Assembly (NCBI RefSeq): GCF_963921235.1
Contig: NC_086109.1
Location: 76,818,001 to 76,882,000 of the forward strand
DNA: 64,000 bases
From: Mobula hypostoma
Taxonomy: Eukaryota
Direction of reading: 5' to 3'
The notes beneath the pieces are model-generated. The model saw only the letters and a program-made list of their open reading frames with translations, did not search any database and was not told the origin of the DNA. The position numbers and the translations under genes were made by a program. Each line of letters opens with the position of its first letter. The first letter of the stretch is position 1. Shown piece by piece: positions 1 to 13,736 of this stretch.

Positions 1-125
1 AAACCCACATGGTCACGGGGAGAATGTACAAATTCCTTACAGACAGTGGTGGGAAATGAACCCGGGTTGCTGGTACTGTAAAGCGTTGTGCTAACCACTA
101 CGTTAGCACACTACTGTGTCACCCT
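1..125 (-). mobile_element. tRNA-derived V-SINE, 5' part (runs off the window)
   Basis: Minus strand reads tagtggttagca (A box)...cccgggttcatttccc (B box)...gtacattctccccgtgaccatgtgggttt (V domain-like). Confidence 0.75.
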
Positions 126-2118
126 TTAGATTATACTACGGTAATAAATTTTTGTTTTTCTTTGGAATATTGTAATGTGGCTTGTTTTGATTGGAATATG
201 GTAGTTTTGGTGTACCAGTGGAGTATTTTTGATTGGACCATCTGACTCAGTTGAAAGTGTATCCACTAAACTAGCTGACAAAAGATGTTAGTGGAGATTG
301 GTTTAAAAAGTTGGGAAGTGGCATGAAGAGAAAGTAAGAATAAATCTTGGAATGAACTGCTGGGTACTTTGTACAAGCTGAAGCTTTTCTCCATTCTATG
401 TTTAATTACAGTCCTTAAGTTTTCATTTGCATTGCTTATTTTTATTGTCTTGGCACTTCCAATTTGTATTTATCCCTCAAGCTTAATTTACATTCTTAGA
501 GGTGTTGTACATTGGCAAAGACTGAGCAGTAACTGTGGGGCCTCTTGATGAGTCTGCTGTTGAACCTTTTCTGAACAAATCAATTTGTTTTTAAAGATGA
601 CAAGATTGAAGTTGTTGCACTTAGGTGAAAAGTTGTGCTTTGGGAAAGAAAGCCAAATGCTGGCTGAAAGCTCAAATTTGGAATTCATTCGGACATTTCT
701 GCCTGAGCTCAGAAAGATTCTAATGAAGGAGCAATTGGGAAAGAACAGAATGTATTCAGTGGTTTGCCACTATTAAGCTAAATTAATTGTTTTTTTTTAG
801 CTTTCCAAGAGCTAGCAGCTAGAAAGTGCTGCAGCAACACCAGTAGGATTGAAGAATTTAGCCTCTTCAATGAAGCAGAAAATTCTGGGTGGGGGAACAA
901 TTGGTGGCAACTTGCTCTTTGAGGAACGGATTCAATATGGCACCTGAGATCCAGCAAAGGTGAATATGTGGGTTGCATGAAGGATAATTAGATACGAGTT
1001 GTGCCATGTTATGTCATCTATATTCACATGGCTCCCCTTCTACTAACTGCAGGGGTTAAAAGAGCTATTTTTAAGTTGCTCTCTGGTTATATCTTGCATT
1101 TTAGTTAAAATTTGATTAGTAGTTTTTCTGTTGAAAGGTTGTGCCTGGCTAAAGTAGGTCCATAACAATGAATTTTTCTTTTGTGGTGCAATATGCAGGC
1201 CTGTGAGGTTGCGTGCTGCTTCAGAGGATGCTTTGCATTGTGGATCAAGTTTTGGTGGTTTATAGGGAAACCAGCTTTGTGTTCAACTTAGAACTTGCTA
1301 AATTTCGCTGTAGTAACTTGAAAGACTGTAGAATATTTTAAAAACAGTTTGTGTGCTTGTTACCCTTGTGTACTGGTGTTGCATCTCCTTTTATTAGATC
1401 TTTGTAAACACATGAGTAAATGTCAACAAACAAGTAGGGTAACTATTTAGAGTTTTGCTGTTTCTGATGCTGAGAGTTCACCAGGCCTATTTTTGTATTT
1501 CAATGGATATTAATCAAATTATGTATTTTTGGACTCCAGAAAGCATGGGACTAAAAATATTCCCCACATGCTTGAGTTTATAGCATCATTGTGAACTCGT
1601 ACAATTTTTATCATAAACAATTATTGTGCATTTTTAAAAAGAATCATGCATTAGAACACATCTCTCCTTGAGCCAGCCTGATCTGAACGTAGTTTAAGCG
1701 TTCAAATATACAGGATTAAATTTTCTACTGGTTCAATTGCAAAAAAAAAGCAACAGTTTGATAACAGGAAGGATGTAATGTCTATCAGTAGTTGGTGGTT
1801 TTGGATTGTCGAATACTTTCTGCATACAGAACTTCAGTTGCTGGTCATCCCATTGCATTCTTTTCATGATGCATCTATAAATACAAGTTGTCAGTGCTTA
1901 AAGGTGGTGTCAGATACAGACCCTAAGAAAAAACAAAGGTTTAAGTCACCTGATTCGTACTGCCTGATTGTGGTCTTCTAGTGTTCTGGTGGGTTATAGC
2001 AGATTGAGGAAGATTCATCCTACAGGAATACGGTAGTTTCTTTCAGCTGCTTTATTGGCTAAGACTGTCCATTCATAACTCAACATTCACTCACTCAACA
2101 CTGGGAAACTGATTTAAG

Positions 2119-2468
2119 TAAAAGAGACTTTCTTCTCTAGTGTCCAGGAAGATTCAAGCATATTTTAGCACTTCATTTTAAACTGCAGTTATTTCAGCAG
2201 TGCAGTTTGGCATAAGGCTTCCCCTAATTTTTTCATACCATATTTCTTGTATTATACAGCCAGCAGCAGTAAACTTTCCTGTGCTCTGATCACCTAGTTT
2301 TGAATTGAGCCATCAAAGCAGTTGCACTCGAATTGATGCCTGCCGTCTTGTTTCTGCTTTTGACTCCCAAGTGTTATCAGGACCCAACATGTTTTAAGCT
2401 GTAGTATTTCATTGGTCCTAAAGGGCCTATCCTGTTTTTGTAAGGTATGTCATCAAATGCTCCTGGAG
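2119..2468 (+). repeat. Unclassified ~350 bp dispersed repeat, copy 1 (paralogous to 16157-16525)
   Basis: Shared blocks such as ttttagcacttca.tttaaactgcagttatttcagcagtgc and aaactttcctgtgctctgatcacctagtt; roughly 80% identity by eye. Confidence 0.85.
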
Positions 2469-3649
2469 AAAGTGTGAAGAGAATTACATAGGGTTAGGTC
2501 CATTGATGGCTTGATCTGGAAAAAAGAGCTCTGACAGTTGTACATAATAGATCCTATGTTGTGTTTAGTGTATTTGATGGGATTGTTTCCTTGGACTTGA
2601 AACCTGTGACAATCCGGTCTGTGCTGGAAAATATTTAAGTTTGTGATTTGTAGCTAGCAGATCTGTGAAGCACTGAATTCTCATTGAGATTGCAAGCTCT
2701 GTTTAATTTCCCAGTAATTTGTCCAAATGTGTTTAGCAAATCAATCGCAACTGTGGTGAAAACAAGATAATATTTTGCACTGATGTTTAGCAATCAAAAA
2801 AAGTTAGCAATCAAAAATGTTTAAAATCACAAACAGGAATGGTGGCAAAAACATGGAGTATATACTGTGCAATATGGACAACATTGTTGAAACGGTAAAG
2901 GTGGCAGCGAAGCTGGCTAAAAGAATGTAAAAGCTAAAGGGGGGAAAAATTGGTGGGTAAGGAGTGAAAGGGGGAAGACAACTCGCAATTACCAAGAAAG
3001 GTGACGGAGCAAGAAATAGAATTGGGAATTGACACAAAAGATTGAACTGGCCGATCATTTGAAATTGTTGAATTCATTGAACCTGTAAGACTAATGTGTC
3101 TAATTCAGGCAGTGAGGTTCAGGAGGGGTCATGAGATGGAGAATTGAGGTAGCAGGCAGGTAGAAACTGGGTTTGTCCCTCCAGGCTGTATTGGATGAGG
3201 GGTTACCCTTGCATTCTATACAGAAGTTAAACACCTCCCTTGTTAGGCTGAATCCAACCTTCCCAAATTGGTAAAGCAACTGAGCTTCCTGTCTGCAAAT
3301 ACTTGGGACTCTATACTCAGTATCGGCAGAATGGTTGAGAGATGGGTGGGAGGGAGCCTTTCCTTGCTGCTGCTCTTGGGACTAGAGGAAAGGGCTTTCG
3401 ACTGGGTGAATAAAGTTGAAGAAGTGGAGATACTGGTGGATAGCTGAGGAAAAGTGTGTTGGTTTCTAGGCCCATCTCCACATGTGCATTTAATAAGGAT
3501 TCAGTGGTTTAGTGTCCAGTCACCATGGACTTCCATGCTATTAGACTGAGATCTCACTTTAAAAATTGAGCTAAGTGATTTTCCATCAGGCACCTTGCAT
3601 TAAAATGACTTGTGAATAAGTGCCTTTGACCCACTCCTCTTGATGTGTT

Positions 3650-3990
3650 AAGAGCCTGATGGAAAATCGCAACAGTGACAGACTTGGATATCAGATTGGT
3701 CTCAGAGCTTGGGAACTTGGATGCTTTGATATTAATATTGCTGCCCTGAGTGAGATATTACTAGCAGAAGACAGACATATCAAAGACAAGGAAGTGGTAT
3801 TTCAGCTAGAAGGGTTAACTCTGGGTTTTCCTGTCAAATATGAACGAGACTGGTGACATTCTATGTTCTCCTAAAATACTTCTAAATATACAGTACCCTT
3901 TTTGAATTACTCAGTCACTTGAGTCTACACATGTATTTTCCCTGTAAGCAATGTACTTTTAAACCAACAATGAACTACAGATTTCATGAT
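3650..3990 (+). mobile_element. RTE-clade LINE, 5' (AP endonuclease) fragment
   Basis: ORF 3659-3856 MENRNSDR...WELGCFDINIAALSEILLAED resembles the RTE N-terminus (DRPERRTA..EL..YNIDIAALSETRL). Confidence 0.65.
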
Positions 3991-3999
3991 CTTCTGAAG

Positions 4000-6900
4000 G
4001 ACTTGGTGGACTTAACTCTCAAGCGAGAAGGCATGGTACCTTAAGTGGATGAAGGTTCATTGCCATGGCTGGAAGCGAAACTTGGGGGGGGGGGGGGGGT
4101 GTGGGGTGCAGGTAAGACTTCAAGCCAGGATGAAACTGAGGAATGAGACCTTCATCACTGGGGAGGAAACTTGAGGTCCTGAGGGCAGGATTGCTGTATC
4201 AGAGGAAAATGAGAGATTGTTCTATTCGGTATGTAATCGAGACATGGCTCACTTGCAGCATGCCAGATACGGCGATCAGACCTGAAGGCGGCTTACTCAC
4301 AGGAACATCTGTACTGATTCCGAAAGGCAGAAGGTGGAGGTGTTTTTCATGATAAACTCAGGGCTTGATGTGACGGTTTTGTCTAACTAGTGTTCCCCTG
4401 ATGTTGAACACCTAACGATCAAATGCCATTCATTCTATTTACCTAGAAAGTGCTCCTTAATCCTGCCCACGGTTTACATACCACCGGCGGCTGATTATAA
4501 TCAAGCGCTTGAGATAAGACTATAAGACGTTGGTGTAGAATTAGACCATTTGGCCCGTCAAGTATACTCTGCCATTCAATTATGGCTGATCCTTTTTCCC
4601 CTCCTCAGCCCCACTCCTTGGCCTCTTACCTGTAACCTTTGATGTAGTCGCCAATCAAGAACTTATCAATCTCTGTCTTAAATACACCCAACGAACTGGT
4701 CTCCACAGCTGTCTGTAGTAACAAATTTCACAAATTCACTACTCTCTGATTAAAGAAGTTTCTCCATGTCTGTTTTAAATGGACACCCCTCTACCCTGAG
4801 GCTGTGCCCTCTTGTCCTAGACTCTCCCATCATCGGAAACATCCTTTTCACACCTATTGTCTAGGCCTTTAAACATACAAAAAGTTTCAGTGGGACTCCC
4901 CCCCCCCCCCATCCCTCTAAATTCTAGAGAGTATAGACCCTGAGCCATCAAACGTTCCTCATAATGACCTTTTCCTGGAGTCATCCTTGTGAACTTCCTC
5001 TGAACCCTCTCCAATGCCAGAACATTTTTTTCTTAGGTAAGGAGTCTAAAATTGTTACAAAACTCAAGGTGAGGCCTCACCAATGCCTTAAAGCCTCAGC
5101 ACCAAATCCCTGCTCTTGTATTCTCCACCTGTTGAAATGATTGCCAACATTGCATTTGCCTTCCTCACCTCCAACTCAAACTGCAAGTTAACCTTTAAGG
5201 TGTTTTGCACAAGCACATCCAAGTCCCTTTGTATTTTGGATTTTTGGATTTTCTCCCTGTTTTAAAAAAAGTCTACACATTTATTTCTACTACCAAAGTG
5301 CATGACCATGCATTTTCCAACATTGTATTTCATCTGCCACTTTCTTGCCCATTCTCCTAATCCAAGTCATTCTGCAGCCTTCCTGTTTCCTCAAAATTAC
5401 CTGCCTCTTTATCAATCTTCATATCATCAGCAAACTTGGCAACAAAGCCATCTATTTCATCATCTAAGTCATTGATACACAGATAAAAAGTGATCCCAAC
5501 ACTGACCCCTGCGGAACACCACTAGTCACTGGCAGTCAACTAGAAGAGGATCCTCTTACTCCCACTCACTGCCTCCTACCAACCAGCCAATGCTGTTAAC
5601 TTGGTAAGTAGTCTTGTGTGTGGTACCTTGTCAAAGTCCTGTTGAAAATCCAAATTTTAAATATCCACTGCATCTCCTTTATCTATCCTACTTTTAATCT
5701 CAAAGAATTCAAACAGGTTTGTCAGGCAAGATTTTCCTTCTGAGGAAGCCATGCTGACTTTGTCCTGTCTTGTCCTGTGTCACCAAGTGCTCCCTAACCT
5801 CAGACTTAACAATTGACTCCAATATCTTCCCAGCCATTGAGGTCAGGCTAACTGGTCTATAATTTCCTTTCTGCTGCATCCCTCCTTTCTTAGAGTGGAG
5901 TGACATTTGCAATTTTGCAGTCCTCTGGAATATACTGCATGATGCCATCTCCAAACTAGAAACAGTCCATCCTGATGCATTTCAGATCATAGTTGGGGAC
6001 TTCAACCAGGCTTGTTTGAAGAAAACCCTGCTCAGTTACCATGGGCATATAACCTGTGGCGCTAGAGGTCCCAACACACTAGACCACTCTTTTACTGAGA
6101 TAAGGAATGCCTACTGTTCTATGCTCAGACAGCATTTTGGTGAATTGGATTGCTTGGCTGCCCTCCTCCCACCTGCATGCAGGCAGAGACTAAAGAGCAA
6201 ATCTCCAGAGATTGGGACAATATAGAGCTGGTCAGTGAGGCGGAGGAGTGGCTATGGGATTGCTTGAAGTTGGTGGACTGGGCCGTGTTCAGTTCATCTG
6301 TGGATCTGAATGAAAATGTCATGGTTGTTACAGACTTTATTAAAACAGTTGTAGGTGAGTGTGTCCCTACAAAGTCATTGCCTTCCCAAATCAGAATCCC
6401 TGGGTGAAATTTGAGATCCACAATCTACTGAGGGGCAGGCCAGAGGCATTCAAGTCCATTGACCAAGAAAGTTACAGGAGGTCCAGATATGGTCTCTGGA
6501 AAGCCATCTCGCAGGTGAAGTGGCAATTCTGGGTTAAACTTGAATCAATGAAAGATGCTTGACAGTTGTGGCAGGACTGTTACACCTGTAACCTATCACC
6601 TGTTAAAGTAAAATTAAGTGACTTAGGTTACAGGACTTCGAGTTCAGATGAGCCCAATGCCTTCTATACTTGCTGTAACTGTCAAAACATGGCAGAAGCA
6701 TCACAAACTCCCACAGCCCTGATAATTCTGTGATTTCAGTCTGGGGCTGATGTGAGGGCATCCTTCAGGAGGGTAAACCCATGAAAAGCAGCTGACCCAG
6801 ATGGTACCTGGCCAAGTACTAAAGATCTCTGCTAATGATCAACTAGCTAGAGTCTTCACTGAGATCTTTAACCTCTCTCTTCAGCGATCTGAGGTACCCA

Positions 6901-8274
6901 CCTGCTTCAAGCAGTCTTCACTTACACGTGCCTAAGAAAAACATGATAACCTATTTCATTGACCATCATCCAGTAGTATCTACATCTACAGCAATAGTGT
7001 TTTGAGAGGTTAGTGATGAAACATATCAACTCCTGTCTAAGAAGCAACTTGGATCTGCTCCATTTTGACTGCTGGAGCAACAGGTCTATAGTAGATGCTA
7101 CCTCATTGGCTCTTTATTCAATCCTGGTCCATCTGGACAGTAAAGATGCATACGTCAGGATGTTCTTATCAACTACAACTTTGTATTCAATACTATCATC
7201 CCCCCTCAAAACTAATCGCTAAGCTTCAAGACCTTGGCCTCAATACCTCCTTGTGCAATTGGATCCTCAATCTTCTAACTTGCAGACCCCAGTCTGCAAC
7301 ATCTCCACAATCTCCATCAGCACAGGTGCACCACAAGCCTGTGTGCTTAGCCCCCTGTTCTATTTGCTTTGCACTTATGACTATGGCCAAGCAAAGCTCC
7401 ATTCTCATATTTAGGTTTGCTGACAACACTACTGTTGTAGGCAGAATCAAAGTTGTGATAAATCAGCATATAGGAGGAGGATTGAAAATCTGGCTGAGTG
7501 ATGCCGCAGCAACAATCTCTCACTCAATGTCAGGAAGATGAAGGAGCTGATTATTGACTTCAGGAGGAGGAAACCAGAGGTCCATGAGCCAGTCCTCACT
7601 GGGGGATCAGAGATGGAGAGGGTCAGCAAATTTAAATTCCTGCCTCTGCTTAGTTTGTGAAGATTAGGCATGACATCTAAAACTTTTATAGATGTGTGGT
7701 GGAGAATATATTCGCTGACAACCTCACAGCCTGCTATGGAAACATCAATATCCTTGAATGGAAAATCCTACAAGTAGTGGATATAGTACTTTACCACTGA
7801 GCACGCCTATGTGAAGCGTAGTCATAGGAAAGCAGCATCCATCATTGGGGACCCCCACCACCTAGGTCATGCTCTCTTCTCTCATCAGGAAAGTGGTGCA
7901 GGATCCTCAAACTTAAACTGCAAGATCCAGGAACGGTTATTACCCCTCAACCATCAGGCTCTTGAACCAAAGGGAATAACTTCACTTAACCTCACTTGCC
8001 CCATCATTGAAATAATTCCACAACCTTTGGACTCACTTTCAAGGACTCTTCATCTCCTGATGTTGATATTTATTATTACAATTTTTTTCATTTTGGGTTT
8101 TACACTGTAGTCTTTTGTACACTGGTTGAATGCCCAAGTTGGTGTGGGCTTTCACTGATTCTATAATGGTTATTATTCTCACGGATTTATTGACTATGCC
8201 CACAAGAAATTGAATGTCAGGGTTGTATATAGTGACAAATATACACTTTGATCATAAATTTACTTTGAACTTTG
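4000..8274 (+). mobile_element. Rex1/Babar-type LINE (decayed EN+RT), interrupted by a CR1
   Basis: [87 protein letters not shown]; 3' tail actttgaactttg. Confidence 0.85.
4514..5930 (-). mobile_element. CR1 LINE, 3' RT fragment nested in the Rex/Babar copy
   Basis: GNYRPVSLTSMAGKILESI...QSQHGF and ERVQRKFTRM...YEERL...GLYSLEFR; tail gtcttatagtcttat; host frame resumes across it (ALEI|LHDAISKLETVHPDAF). Confidence 0.9.
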
Positions 8275-9250
8275 TGATCCCAAGGATATCGCTAGTGCCA
8301 AAGATTACAGGGCTAACCACTGCCTAATCTGTTCTGTTACTTCAGCTAACACCAGCAGCAACAAAAACATTGTATGAAAAATGGAAGGAAATCAATGATC
8401 TCAAGGACCCTGCAAAGAAAGCTCTTGTCGGTTTACACCTGGTAGACAATTTGTCAACTCTCAAATACCTGAACTGCTCTAAATTCCACCATAATTAGCA
8501 GCAATGAAAATATTCTTGCCCTCTGGCAGATAACATGTATTACTTTGAGAATGACCAGGACATCAGTGAGCTAACACAAAACACAAGTCATTCTTGAAAG
8601 CTGCACGTCTCATGGGGAGAAAATAACTTTATAGGAGCCTGAAGGCAGAGGTCCAAGATTACAAACTTATGACCTAAGGAACAGATGGTGGGTGGAAAGA
8701 GTGCAGGAGATCCAGGAACTAATTTGCAAATGCAGCAGTATTAAGACTATGAAGGGTCTAAAATACTGAAGGCTTTCCCTGCTGAGAGTGGAACTATGGA
8801 GTTTCTTGAGTGCAGAAAAGACTCTGCATCCATTGTGTGGAATCTTTCAAAGAATCTCCTCACCTAAGACTTCGATACGTGTCTTGAAGTCATATCTCAC
8901 AGCACGTGTGCATTCTCAGCATTATCATTGCCAGTGTGTTGTGAAATGACTTGAAATTGAAAAGGCAATATGAGAACGGAGGCCTCTAGAGCCGATGGTA
9001 TTTCTTCTGAAACTCTAAAGCTTGGATTATCTTGTTCATATGAGAAAATGACAGGCCGGAGATATAATAATGTTCATATAATAAAAGTGACATAATATGT
9101 GATAATCAAGGATTTTTTTACAACATTGAATACATGGAAGAGCAACAATCACTGCATGACTGTTTGTGACCTCACCAAAGCTTTTAACTTTTTTCTTAAG
9201 TGACTAAAATACCTCTGGAGCCTTCAGAAATGGATCTACATTCTAAGTTG
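8275..9250 (+). mobile_element. RTE-clade LINE, continuation of the 3650-3990 copy
   Basis: Decayed motifs YFENDQDI, DLRNRWWVERVQEIQEL, DLTKAF. Confidence 0.6.
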
Positions 9251-9787
9251 AGGCAAACCATTATTCCATATTCCCTTACTACTAAGGTGGAGACCATTTG
9301 GCTCACTGAATTTTGATCATTCTGATTTTCTCACTAATTTCCCTGTAACTTCTCCTCACATTCCTGTCAACTTTTATTTTTCTCCAACCACCCTCAACAA
9401 AGCACGCCAAACCTTAACTAATCACAGACGTTCCTCTGTCTTTTCCATCCTGCCTTGCCTTCTCTGGAGATTGTAACCAGCTTTATCTTTCCCCCTTCAT
9501 GTGAAGCTTCAATTTGAAACATTAACTGTGTTTATCTGTTAATGGTTGCTGCCCACAGAGTATCTGCAGCTTCCTTTAATGGTAAATAATACAGGCTTGG
9601 TTTTGAGGATAGTGGTACAAAGCTTCATTTTCAGCATGCTTGGTAGCCTCTTCATCTTGAAGATCTTGTGTGTGAAATTGATATAATCTGGATGGGTCTT
9701 GGAGAAGAATTAGTAATGTTATTTATTATTGCTCAAGACTTTGAATTGCAGATTGTCTGTTTATTTTAATGGTAGCAAATATAAATG

Positions 9788-11320
9788 CAGTGGTGCTAAA
9801 AAGCTTGTGAACACTGTAAAATTTTCTTTTTCTGCATAAATATGACCAAAAATGTGATCGGATCTTCACGCAAGTCCTAAAACTGGATAGAACCCAATTA
9901 AATAAATGACACAAATTATACTTTAGAAAATGTTTCTCAAAAAATATTACATGTCTTTGGAAAAAGTATGTGAACCTCTGGGGTAATGTCTTCTACAAAA
10001 GCTATTTGGAGTCAGGTGTTCTAATCAATGAGATGAAATTGGAGATGTGGGTTGTAGAAGTGCCCTGCCCTATAAAAAAGACACAAGTTACTGACAGAGC
10101 CTGCTGTTCTTAAGAAAGACGTTTGTGTGCACCATGCCTCGAACAAAACAACTTCTATAGGGGCTTGGAAGAAGATTTGTAGAGATGCATGAAGCTAGAA
10201 AAGGCTACGGAAGCATTTCTAAAGACCTGAGTGTTCATCCATTTGCAATAAGAGAAGTTGTCTACAAGTGATGGAAATTCTATACTGTTGCTACTTTCCC
10301 TAGGGCATCCTGCAAAGGTCACACCAAAAGCACAACGTGCAGTGCTGGAGGAGGTGAAAAAGAATCCAAGGGCAACAGTAAAAGACCTGCAGAAATCTCT
10401 AGAACTTGCTAAGGTCTCTATTCATATGTCCACTGTAAGAATAACACAAGGGTGGTGTTTGTGGAAGGACACCACAGAGGAAAACATTGCTCTCCAAAAA
10501 AAAACATTGTTGCCTGTCTCGAGTTTGCAAAAGATCACCTGGATGTTCTACAACGTTTCTGGGACAATGTTCTGTGGACAGATGAGATAAAAGTTGAACT
10601 TCCTGACCGAAATGCATACCGCTATATTTGGAGAAAAAAGGACCCTGCACACCAACACCAAAACTTTAACTCGACTGTGAAGAATGATGGAAAGACCATC
10701 ATGATTTGGGGCTGCTTTGCTGCCTCAGCACCTGGATAGCTTGCAATTGTTGAGGGATCAATAAATTCAAAATTGGATTAAGGCATTTGACAGGAGAATT
10801 TCAGGGTAGCAATTCATCATCAGAAGCTTAATAGAAGTTAGATAATGCAACAAGACAATGATTGGAAAGACAAGTGCAAATCACCAATAGAATGGTTTAA
10901 AAAAGAAAATTCATGTTTTGGAATGGCAGAGTCAAAGTCCTGACCTTAATGCTATAAAGATGTTGTGCAAGGACCTGGAGCAAGCAGTTCATGCAAGGAA
11001 GCCCACCTACATCGCAGAGTTGTAGCAGTTTTATAAGGAGAAATGGCCTTAAATTCCTCCAAAGACTGACCAACAGTTACTGGAAACGTTTGGTTGAAGC
11101 TATTGCTATACCGGGGGCCACACCAGTTACTGAAAGCAAAGGTTCATACTTTTTTCAGCAAATACATGTAATATTGAATCATTTTTCTCAATAAATAAAT
11201 GAACAAGTATGTTTTTTGTGTTACTTGGGTTCTTTATCTAGTTTTAGGACCTGCTTGGTGCAGGTCACATGCAGAAATAGAGAACATTCTACAGGGGTCA
11301 CAGACTTTTTAGCAGCACTG
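9788..11320 (+). mobile_element. Tc1/mariner IR/DR-type transposon with inactivated transposase
   Basis: Ends CAGTGGTGCTAAAAAG...CTTTTTAGCAGCACTG|TA; inner direct repeats near 9961 and 11140; ATG 10134 MPRTKQL*, VLWTDEIKVEL, MIWGCFAA, QQDND, QSPDLN; stops and frameshifts. Confidence 0.92.
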
Positions 11321-12047
11321 TAACTGTGTTCTTTGGACATTTAAAGAGAAGCGTACAGATCATGGATTTTTGAAAAAAATTTGCATGAATTTTAATTTTC
11401 TTTTTGAAGTTCGGTCTGTAAACAGTTTGAAATTCAGTGCAGCCCACTTACAAATAAAATATTGCTTTTCTAGAAAACTGCCCATTTTGCATTTTTAAAA
11501 AATTTGTAATATGAGACCTTGGCAAAAATTCAGAACTCTTTTTTTGCATTTTTCCCCGTGTGTGTTTTTATAATATAAAAAAACCTATATTTTGTAGTAG
11601 TAATTAGTGAATTCTGTAAGGATGTTTCCATTACCTAACTGCCATGATCCAGGGTGCACCAAGTCATTTTATTAACTCAGCTTTAATTGTTTGCAGAGGA
11701 GTGATTGATAATTTGGATGGTATTCAGTGTTTATCATAAGATGCCAAAATTTTCACTTCAAGTAGTTTCTGTATTGACAAACTTTGTCTAACTGTTAATC
11801 TTGGAGTAACTTTTCTGGAAGTGAAGACGTTTTTGTTCTTGGTATAATATAACAAAACAGCTTGGGAAATTTTAGCATAGTGTATAATAACAAAACGTGT
11901 TGAAACTGGCGACATAACTTTGAGCAATATAGACCATGTTATCATTTTAGATACAAATTTTGTGCAAGTAAAATCAATTTAAAGTGATGGATAAATTATT
12001 TGATCACTGTGGTAAGGCAGCAAAAACTAGATTTTGATAAAACTGAT

Positions 12048-12212
12048 AAATCTCTTACTGACTCTCCCTTCAGTTAGTCATGACGAAGGGTCTCGGCCTG
12101 AAACGTCGACAGTACCTCTTCCTAGAGATGCTGTCTGGCCTGTTGCGTTAACCAGCAACTTTGTGTGTTGCTTGAATTTCCAGCATCTGCAGAATTCCTG
12201 TTGTTTGCGTTT
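12048..12212 (+). mobile_element. Penelope-like element 3' end (pseudo-LTR)
   Basis: Hammerhead motif followed by gatgctg.ctggcctg.tgcgtt...ttgcttgaatttccagcatctgcaga, the same end as the GIY-YIG-bearing copy at 18643-19515. Confidence 0.85.
12076..12110 (+). ncRNA. Minimal type I hammerhead ribozyme, degenerate (C3>A)
   Basis: AGUC AUGACGA AGGGUCUCGGCCU GAAA CG UC GAC. Confidence 0.65.
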
Positions 12213-12589
12213 TTAAATCTGTTCTAAAATTGACCATCTCCCACTTAAATATATTTGGCAACTTTAAGCACGTTGCAAGATTTGTGATCAGTTTGCAATA
12301 TTGTAAACTAGAAGGGTGTGTTCCTCCTTATGTTGAATTATTCATTGTTAGTTCGTTTCAAGGATTATATTTTAGCACAGCATTTTAATGTATTTCCAAA
12401 TATTTGGTTCATTAAACTGGGACCTTTTGGATGAATCTTGGAATCACTCTTAACTGGCTAAATGGCCAGTTAAAACAATTCTGAGTAGCTGCAATATTGA
12501 ATGAGGCACAGACAGGGATCCCAGAGCAGATCTTTGCGGGACACCATTGGCCATCAAACTCCTTTTTGAGATTTAGAAGAAGGAGTTTT

Positions 12590-13200
12590 ATTGAGATCTT
12601 GAGTGGTTTTTAAAGTAGATATTGAGATGTTCGGATAAGTACATAGATGGGAGGGGTATGAAGGGCTACGGTCCAGGTGTGGTCAATGGCAGTAGGTAGA
12701 ATAACAGTTCTGCATAGACTAGACGAGCTGAAGGGCATGCTTTGCTCTTCTTCACCAGTGTTCACTGTTTCACTTTTTCACCAGTGGAGGGGTCTTAGAT
12801 ATGATATTAGGGTGTGGACATTTAAAACTGAGGTGGGTAGGAAGTCTTGTGGGGAGGGTGTTTGATATTTAGAAGTCTCTACTCATGAATGGAGGCTGGA
12901 TCTCTGGGAGTGCTTAAAGATGAAACAGATACATCTTTTCCAAAGCAATACACAATTGGCTGGAAGAACTTGGTGGGCTGAACAGTGTCTGTTGGGGGTG
13001 GGTGAGTGAGTAAGGAATGATTAAAATTTAGGGCCCAAGTCCTGTGGTTCTAGGAGTATTTAAAGAATTTGAGAGGTACTTTATTAAGGGCATCAAAGGG
13101 GAGAAGGCAGGAGAATGGAGTTGAGAGGGATAAGAAATCAGCCATAATGGAATGGTGGAGCAGACTTGATGGAGTGAAAGGCCTAAGTCCTCTAATATAC
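12590..13200 (+). mobile_element. Old CR1 3' fragments
   Basis: CR1-like 3' phrases (tttaaaactgaggtgggtaggaa; gagttgagagggataagaaatcagccat...gagcagacttgatgg). Confidence 0.55.
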
Positions 13201-13466
13201 TAATGACGTATATGGCACTTTCTGCAGAGGTCTAAAAAAATGCTGCACAACAAATGGATTGTGTACAATGTTATCTCATTAGCAAGAGTTACAAGCACTC
13301 TTCCACTCTTCTGAGCTGTAAATATTTATTGAAGTTCAGAGAACTAGTCTTTGACATGATTTAGTGTTTTTATCTTAAATTTGCATCTGAGTGAGCCCCG
13401 AGTTTAATATCTCATCTGAAACAGGGTTCCTCCATCAGCAATTGTGCTATTTCACTGTGTCTGCAG

Positions 13467-13546
13467 TAGTGGTTCCCAACCTTTTTTATGCCATTGGCCC
13501 CTACCATAAATCGAAAGGTCCATGGACCCAAGTTGGGGAGCCCCTG
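13467..13546. mobile_element. 80-bp hAT-Charlie-type MITE
   Basis: TIRs tagtggttcccaac / gttggggagcccctg; flanks ctgcag / ctgtag (eroded TSD). Confidence 0.7.
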
Positions 13547-13736
13547 CTGTAGAGGCAGTCAGGCTTTTGAATGGGACAAGCTCACCTTTTGGCTTGGATG
13601 TAGCAAGTACTCGGCCGTAGATGCCATGATGGGTACTTTTGCCACTTCAGTTTTTGCAGCTAGTTCATTGCAAATGTTTGATCATTAATCTATTGAAGTA
13701 ACTTTTGAGTGATAAGAAACCGGTCCTGTTTTCCCT

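Noticed and set aside
1-125. tRNA gene (also 14220 and 56040-56121)
   Set aside because: The A/B boxes run into a V-domain and no full cloverleaf forms; these are SINE heads.
2800-3600. Possible very old Penelope-like fragment on the minus strand (similar traces near 9420-9580, 12940-13050 and 61830-62000)
   Set aside because: Only short degenerate resemblance; cannot be bounded or confirmed by eye.
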